Below are positions 56,586-64,000 of a stretch of DNA of 64,000 nt, piece by piece. Each line of letters opens with the position of its first letter. Within the stretch, counting starts at the first letter, position 1. This stretch comes from Prorocentrum cordatum (lineage: Eukaryota), in assembly GCA_963575745.1 (NCBI GenBank), contig CAUYUJ010000303.1, positions 310,001-374,000 on the forward strand, in the 5' to 3' direction. The notes beneath the pieces are model-generated. The model was not told the DNA's origin and did not search any database. It saw only the letters and a list, made by a program, of their open reading frames with translations. Made by a program: the position numbers and the translations under genes.

Positions 56586-59048
56586 ATGATGCCGCCACGT
56601 TGCGCAGCCGCTATGCCTTGGAAGGACTCCGAGGGCCAGCGGCTGAAGGCCAAAATTTCCTTGGAGGATATCTGCGTCCACCCGCAGAACAGAGGTGGGA
56701 CGTACCCCTCCGCTGCCGAAGTGGTTAATCTCCTGCGTGGCATTCTGAAAGACAGGTTCCTCTTGAACGAGGCGCAGCACGAAGCAGTGGTTGTTCAGGA
56801 ACTCCCTGCGGGGAAGAAGGCCGATTACGAGCGCCTCCATGGCAGGCCGTGCACGGCGCACGCGGACCACAAATTGCAGAAAACGGAATCCGTGGAAGCT
56901 CTACGCTCGGCGTACACAAGCTTGTCAACGTTCAACTACAGGGCGCTGAGCCACTGCACCCTAACCCTTGGTCTGCTGAGCCTCAAGCACGGCGCAGTGT
57001 GGGTCATTCCCGAAGACCACAAAGGATGTGGCTTGGAGGAGTTCCAGACAGGTACAGGTGGCTCCTGGGATATCCCAAAAATGCGTCGCGCACCGAAGTT
57101 CACAGAACTCATGGACGTGCTCGATAACGGTTTGCTTTGCGAGGTGCTCTCGTGGGAAATTCACTTCGGTGCCGTCTTCGCGCAAGGCCCCGCGATCATT
57201 TCCGCGGCCCTGAACGACCCACAGGGAAAAGGTGTGACCTCTCACGAAATCGAGGTCCTGACGTCCGTCGCTGATTTCGTCGCCACCGCAGCAGCGGCGG
57301 GCAAGACAGCATCGTGCGGATCTCAGACAGGACACCCCGTGAATATCTCGTACGACACTGTTCTCAAGGCTTGCGCGCAACGACATCCCGAGTACGCCAC
57401 GGCCAAATGGTTCGAGGACATGCTTACTTTCGTCATCAACGTGGGGGCCGCATCAGGGCAGCTCATACCGCAAATTCTAGATTATGATCGACGTTGGGTG
57501 GATCACAAAATACGCTCCCTGGCACCAGCCACATGGGGCGTTCTCAACCAACTCCCCATATATTGTCCCCATGTGGAGGTAGCCCTTGTCATGAGGGCGT
57601 ACTCGCAAGAGCCGGGGTGCGGACAATGCCCCGCGCCGGAAACGGCTTGGGGACACAGCGAGGGCAACAGTCGGATACAGGAGCTCAATTCTTTGTTGGG
57701 GTATGTCCGTCGCATATTGGCCCCCGCAGCAGCGGAGGCCCACGGGGAGGAGAAGAGCGCGATTTTGACCGCGGGGGCGGTTCTGACTGCGACGGACACC
57801 TTCTACCAGGCGTACGTAAGGGTGAAGGCTAACAAACCTCGTCTGGAGGCAGTTGTGGAGGCCGTGTGCGAGACAGTGCGTCCGTACTATGCTGAAGTAC
57901 GCGAGGCCTGGCAGAAAATGGAAAAGAACGCACAGAAAGAGTTCCCGCTCCCTCCTGCGCCGTGGACCGACAAGTTGCCCGCGGCCCCCGAGAACCCCGC
58001 TGGCCCTCGCAGCAGCGGAGGTGGCAAGGGCTCTCGCCCGCAGCCAGTTATTGATAGAGTTCAACGAAGAAGACAAGCCTCTGAACAGGCAGATGTCTGA
58101 AGTGTCCAAGCCCGTGAACAGCCTGATGGTGGTCCCAGTGAATCGTGGCACGCTTCGGCTCCGTCTGGCAATCTCGACACAGACAGGTGGCACCAAGCAA
58201 GCATCGCGGAAGTCATGACTGGCTTCCATCGTCACGCGGACACTTGCGCCCAACCCGTCCAGATGCAATATGACGTTCAGGCCGAGAGTGTCCATGTGGT
58301 GGCTACTGGGGACATCGCCGAGGGGGAACTGATGCTCTTCCCTTGCTGCCCCACCGCGAAGATTTTCCCGAAAGTCCCGAGCAATCCGCGGGCAGTGGAT
58401 GTGCTAGTCGGTGAGAAACGTCCGACTCCTGTCGAGAAAATGGAAAAATATTGGGCACAACTTGATTTCAAATTACCAGAGCTGGAGCTCAAGCCCGCGC
58501 CGCAGGAAGCGGCCTCCGCAGCAGCGGGGGCTGCACAGGGCGAGGCGCCCGTGGGTCCGCAGCTCGACGAGGCGGCCCCCGCAGCAGCGGCGCCTGCACA
58601 GGGCGAGGCCGAACAGGCAGAGAATCCGTGCCAGTTTAAGTTCGGAGGTACCGAGTCCTTGCACTTCTTTTGGGGAGTTGAGAGGATGACACCAGAAGAA
58701 CTTGCCCGAGCCCAGCTAGTGCAGGGACAGGAGCGCTGGAAGTTCAACGTTGCACTTCAACCGCTCGAGTTCCAGACAATGACAAAGTGCCAACCAGCCG
58801 CCCCCCTCCGCGTCTGCAGCGTGCTTGTCCCGTGCATGCACAACGCGGTGCCGCTGGTGCGCGGAGATCGGCTGATGCTGCAGATCACAAAGGAGAAGAG
58901 GGCCACCGACACCCAAAAGGAGAAGCAGGCATGGCAAAAGGAGCAGAAAGAGCAGGAGAAGAAACGGAAGAAGGACGCCGAGGAGGGACGGAAAACCCCC
59001 AAGAGCGGCAAGATGACAATCCCTGGCCAGGGGGCCCACTTCGTGTGA
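56586..59048 (+). CDS. Large hypothetical protein (56586-58100 and 58215-59048, probably one frameshifted gene), possible ParB/Srx-like N-terminus
   Basis: Long complex-composition ORFs; N-terminal ICVHPQNRGG..LLRGILKDRF is reminiscent of ParB-like folds (weak). Confidence 0.55.
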
Positions 59049-59984
59049 TCCCGCCGCAGCAGCGGAGGGTGCGCGAAACGGAGCGGCAGATGACAGCGGC
59101 CGATGATCCACCCGTCGCAGCCCGCAGCCGTCAGCTGGAGGGGAGGAGGAAAAGGGCGGGGAGAGGAGGTCGAAGAGGGAGGGGGGAGGGGGGCAGCAGA
59201 AACAGCACAAGACAGGGATGGGAGAGGTCACGCATCAGCCGCAGTAGTGTCGGTGGTACGTCAATTCTCATGGCGGCGCGGCGGTCGCTGAGAAATGGAG
59301 CAAGTGCGAGGGCCTGCAAATGCGGAAAATGTGAGTGCCTCTCGTCCCCTCCCCTCCTCTTCCTCCATGAGATCTCTCTCCTGGTGCATATCCCCTGCCA
59401 GGTCTCGTCCTGCTCCTCTCCCTCTAAGTTCGTCCTGCCCTCCCCTCGCGCCTCGCCTCCGTCTCCGTCCCCCCTCGTCCGTTCCTGCCTCCCTCCCGCG
59501 TCCTGTTTTCCTTTCTCCGTGCTCATCGCCCTGCTCATCGTCCTGCCGTCCTGTTCGCGGGACGCCCTGTGGGACAGAGGGGCGGTCGAAGCACACAAGG
59601 CCGAACCCTTCTGCGACAGAGGGGGCGGGGTCGTGCTTTTCCGCGCGCCCTCCTCTGTGAAACAGGGGTGGTCGTTCGATCAGGACGCCCCCCCCTGCGG
59701 GACAGAGGGTCGGTCAGAGCACACAAGGCCCCCCCTCAAGGGGCAGAGGAGCGGTCAAGGGACAGGGAAGGCAGTTGCGCTCGTTCGGAGAGAAGGAGGG
59801 GGATGGGTTGGATGAGATGGAAAGAAGCTCGTGGAGGGAGCATGATGCGGATGAGGAGTGGGGGGGATCTGTTCGAGACGAGGAGTCCGCTTTCCATAGC
59901 CGCTTTCAGGCGGTTCATTTGTGAGGGGGGCCGACACCTAGGACGCGCGCGCCTTCGCAGCAGCGAGGGCTTGCGCACGGCGGC

Positions 59985-60942
59985 ATGAAACGCAAGGCAG
60001 AGGACGCATGGCGGGAGGTCGCTGTCGGGAAAGCAGCGCGCCAAGATGGCGCGAGCATGGGGGTGCTCTGCGCGACGGGCGGGCTGTGCCGAAGTCACGA
60101 GGGAGCAGCGGGATTTGCCCTGGAATGCGAGGAGCGCTGTGTTGTCTTGGGCGGCGAGGAAAGCCTAGAAGCCTTCGTGCCCGTCGGAAAGCACCGCCTG
60201 TGGATGCTCAAGGTGGTCGGTGGTCACAGTGCCGTGAAGGGCGCTTTGAACGAAACAAACTTGTTAGATCAATTGCATGGGAAGCTTCGCGCTGGAGAAG
60301 GAGACAACGTGGATGAAGCGGCGACTCCTGTGAAAGAGGCCCCCGCAGCAGCGGGGGTTGCAGCAGGGTCCCCCGCAGCAGCGGGAGAAAAAAGGTCGGG
60401 ATCACATGGCGGATCTCCTCGGCACCGTCAAGGCCGCATCGAAAGCGAATAAAACCCCTGAGAAACAGAAAGGGTTTCCTCGAGGCACGCTCTGCAGAGT
60501 AACCATGCCGATGTCTCCTAAGCCAGATGAGGCCGACACGAAAGAGGTTAGTGTGTATGAGAACAGATATGGGCAACTACTCGTTCAGAGTCAGGACCTG
60601 CCTTGGCTTCTGCATTACCTGTACGAGGAGAGCCAGGGCAAAAGCTTCCCCGAACCCAACGACGACGACGAGGACGACGCTTTGGACGAGAAGCGCCCGT
60701 GGACCACCAGGTGGTGCCCCTCTGGGATGTGGACACTGGAGGTCAAAGGAGGGCCAATGGCAGGCCGAACATGGGCCTCCAGGATTCAGGATCTGAACGA
60801 GGAGAAATGGTCCACAGGCGTGGCGTTGACGGAAGTGACGACGCCCTTGAAACAGTCCACCCGTGCGCAGCAGAAGCAGGTTCTTCTAGCGTTCTTGGAG
60901 GACGTGGTCCAGAAAGCCATCGAGCAGGAAACAAAGCAGTGA
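59985..60942 (+). CDS. Hypothetical protein (59985-60452 and 60358-60942, frameshift near 60390)
   Basis: The paralog at 61846 reads through the same junction in one frame (AAGEKGRDPMADLLG), so the two ORFs are one gene. Confidence 0.65.
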
Positions 60943-61845
60943 TGTCCTCGTTGTCCGCTCGCTGGCGCGCGCCGCAGCAGCGGCGCGCTGACCGCTACAA
61001 CGGCTTTTTTTTATGCAAACAGACTCGGTGTGTGCACCGCACCAGCGGCGCGCTGACCGCTGAGGTGGATGCCTGCGGGTTCCTGTCGACTGGACAGGGG
61101 TTAGGGCACGCGCGGGGGATCGCGAGCCTGCGGCTCCCCAGCGCTCGCGCGCTAGAGGACAAACGGAACTCGCGGAATCTGGCGAGGACGGGGCGGAGGG
61201 GCTGGGGCCAGTAGGAGGGGGAGGGGGAGGGGGAGGAGGAGGAGGGGAAGGAGGAGCAACAGCAGCAGCAACAGCACACTAGCAGCACCGACAGGAGGAT
61301 CATTGCGAGGATGCGGCCGTTTGCTTGCCCTGCGGCGCTGGGCTCGAGACAAGAGGGCGGCCGCGTGTGCGCGCGCATGGCTTCGGCATCATGGCCGCCG
61401 CAGCCGCTCCGCCCCCAGACCCAGGCGGCGCTCGCCATGCAAACGCGCCTCTGCGGGTCGGGCACGACCGCGAGGTCAACGAATGTGGAGTTTTTATAGC
61501 AACAAGACAAAACTAAAGACCCCGACAGAGTGCTCATGAATCCACGGAAACTACAGAGACCAATATTTGGATTCGGGTAATTACGTTATGCGCCGCAGCA
61601 GCGGCGCGGCTTGCCATTATGAATCTGGCAAACGCACATGGAAGAATATTCATTTATGCTCGCAGTGGCCGTGGAAAAGCGACCACAAGCAGTGGTTAGG
61701 TTTTGGAGTCCGATGAGAAGTAGGAGGATTTGTTCGAGACGAGGAGTCCGCTTTCCATAGCCGTTTTCAGGCGGATCACCAGTGAGGGGAGTTGACACCT
61801 AGAACGCGGGCGCCTTCGCAGCAGCGAGGGCTTGCGCGCGGCGGC

Positions 61846-62383
61846 ATGAAACGCAAGGCAGAGGAAACATGGCGGGATGTCGTTATCGGGAAAGCAGCGC
61901 GCCAAGATGGCGCGAGCATGGGGGTGCTCTGCGCGACGGGCGGACTGTGCCGAAGTCACGAGGGAGCATCGGGATTTGCTCTGGAATTTGAGGAGCGCTA
62001 TGTTTCCTTTGGCGGCGAGGAAAGCCTAGAAGCCTTCGTGCCCGTCGGAAAGCGCCGCCTGTGCATGCTCAAGGTGGTCCGTGGTCTCAGTGCCGTGAAG
62101 GGCGCCTTGAACGAAACGACAATGTTAGAGCAAGTGCTTGGGAAGCTTCGCGTCGGAGAAGGAGACAACGTGGATGAAGCGTCGACTCCTGTGAAAAACG
62201 CTTCCGCAGCAGCGGGGGTTGCAGCAGGATCTCCCGCGGCAGCGGGAGAAAAAGGTCGGGATCCCATGGCGGATCTCCTCGGAACCGTGAAGGGCGCATC
62301 GAAAGCGAAGCAGGTGGCGGCGCGTCGCCAACCAGAGAAAACCCTTGAGAAACAGAAAATATTGTCTCGAGGCACGCTCTGCC
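61846..62383 (+). pseudogene. Truncated paralog of the 59985 gene
   Basis: MKRKAEETWRDV..; region 61730-62383 duplicates 59870-60495. Confidence 0.7.
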
Positions 62384-63009
62384 TCTCGCTCCGTGCGGTC
62401 GTCTTGGGCGGCGTCGGGCCTCCGCTGACTGATTACATGATGCATGTATGTATATGTTGTGTATGTATGGTGTGTCGACGTATATGTATGTACATACGTA
62501 TATGTGTGTATTTATATCTATATAGGTATGTATATATAACGCGGTCGCAGGGGCGTGGCCCGCGGCCCAGGGCGGGGCCCGAGACTCTGGGACAGGACAT
62601 AGGGCCTCATCATCGTAGGATGCTCATCATTCTCACCATCGCCATGATGGGGGGGGAGGAGGGGACAGCTACCAGCTGCGCGCTGGCGCCACCGCCGCCC
62701 CCCCGCGCCCGCTGGCGCATCCGCAGTGCGGCTGCGGGAGGGACTGCGCCTCAATTCCTGCAGAGGCGGCCTGCAGGCATGTTGCACTTGTGGCGTCTAG
62801 TACAAACGCCCGAGCGGCCCGCTTTTTTTTTGGGGGGGCTCTTGCTTCACGGTGGAAGAGGAGACTATCATCATCCCCCGTGCCGCGTTCGCCTTCCCTC
62901 GACGACGGCGTCGGCGACTTCCCACATTCTGGCCTTGTTTTCTGGGGAGTGTTCTCGGAGTCGTTCGGGGCGTTCGTTCGTGTGTGCATGCTTCTGAGTT
63001 TTCTGCGCG

Positions 63010-63196
63010 TCGTTCGGGCCGCTCGTCCTGGTGTGAGTCGTTCGGGCCCCTCCTCGCCAGCCCATCTCACAGCGGCAACCCTCGCGAAGCATGCCGACGG
63101 TCGTGTTTTTTTTTCAGGCGTGTGTCCGCTGGTCCCCGCATATCTCCCTTGTTCCTCGTTCCTCCCGCCCCCTTGTACATCCTCCTTGTGGGGGGA
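63010..63196. repeat. Fragment of the 1090-2468 element family
   Basis: CCAGCCCATCTCACA..GCATGCCGAC..CTTGTACATCCTCCTTGTGGGGGGA matches 1114-1249. Confidence 0.85.
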
Positions 63197-64000
63197 TGCG
63201 ACCGTTTGCTTGCCCTGCAGCGCTGGGCTCGAGACCAGAGGGCGGCCGCGTGTGCGCGCGCATGGCTTCGGCATCATGGCAGCCGCAGCCGCTCCGCCCC
63301 CAGACCCAGGAGACGCTCGCCCTGCAAACGCGCCTCTGCGGTTCGGGCACGACCGCGAGGCCAACGAATTTGTGGAGTTTTGGTACCAAGAAGGCAAAAA
63401 GAAAGACCCCGACAGAGTGCTCATGAACCCACGGAAACTAAAGGGGACAATATTCGGATTCGGGTACGTTATGCGCCGCAGCAGCGGCGCGGCTTGCCAT
63501 TATGACTCTGGCAGACGCATATGTAAGAATATTCATTTCTGCTCGCAGTGGCCGTGTCCCAGCGACCATCGTCTGGCGGACGGTTCTGTGGACTACAATA
63601 AGTGGTCAGACTTGCAAGCGCCCTGGCATTTAGGGCAATGCGCGGGCGGGTGGCCCGCAGGAGCGGGGGCCCCCGCAGCAGCGGAGGCGCCGGCCGAGGC
63701 GTGCGAGGTCCCTGCTGAAGCGGCAGCGGAGCCGTCGGTGGGCCCTGCTGAAGGCCCCGCAGCAGCGGGGCCGTCAGCGGAGGCGTGCGTGGCCCCTGCT
63801 GAAGTGGCAGCGGAGCCGTACGTGGGCTCTTCTGACGGCCCCGCAGCAGCGGGTGCGTCAGCGGAAGCGTGCGCGCCTCCTCCTGAAGTGGCGGCGGCAC
63901 CGTGCGCGTGCCCTTCTGCAGAGCCCGCAACAGCGGAGGCGTCCGTAGGTCCTGCTGGCGCGCATGGCGCCGACGCAATCGCCGAGGCCGCTTCCGCAGT

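Larger units (their letters stand above)
61310..63555. repeat. About 360-bp direct duplication (61310-61670 vs 63195-63555)
   Basis: Colinear near-identical blocks. Confidence 0.85.

Overview
This is eukaryotic, GC-rich and repeat-dense DNA, almost certainly dinoflagellate: two perfect 22-nt DinoSL spliced-leader copies lie at 2521 and 26258. The window is a set of nested mobile elements. (1) A 16.5-kb Ty1/Copia-order LTR retrotransposon (4753-21228; 285-bp LTRs, target-site duplication, tRNA primer site). Its frameshifted polyprotein carries gag/PR/INT/RT/RH plus a Tpt1/KptA RNA 2'-phosphotransferase domain, a RING-H2 finger and a C5-DNA-methyltransferase-like domain. It is studded with about 35 GCGGG-GNNA-CCCGC mini-hairpins and sits inside an SL-headed processed retrocopy. 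(2) Two non-canonical Helitron-like elements with shared termini (26955-33146 and 44745-48681) that each split a gene and carry complementary parts of a Rep-helicase, plus a non-autonomous relative (1090-2468). (3) A second SL-headed retrogene (RgpF-like), split by one of these. (4) A gene-dense tract of at least 20 kb (about 43.7 kb to the window end) with co-oriented unknown ORFs, marked by about 40 CCGC-AGCA-GCGG hairpins. The rest is satellites, microsatellites, local duplications and one probable Rab exon. All domain calls are by-eye motif recognition, copy counts are approximate, and two N-gaps hide sequence.
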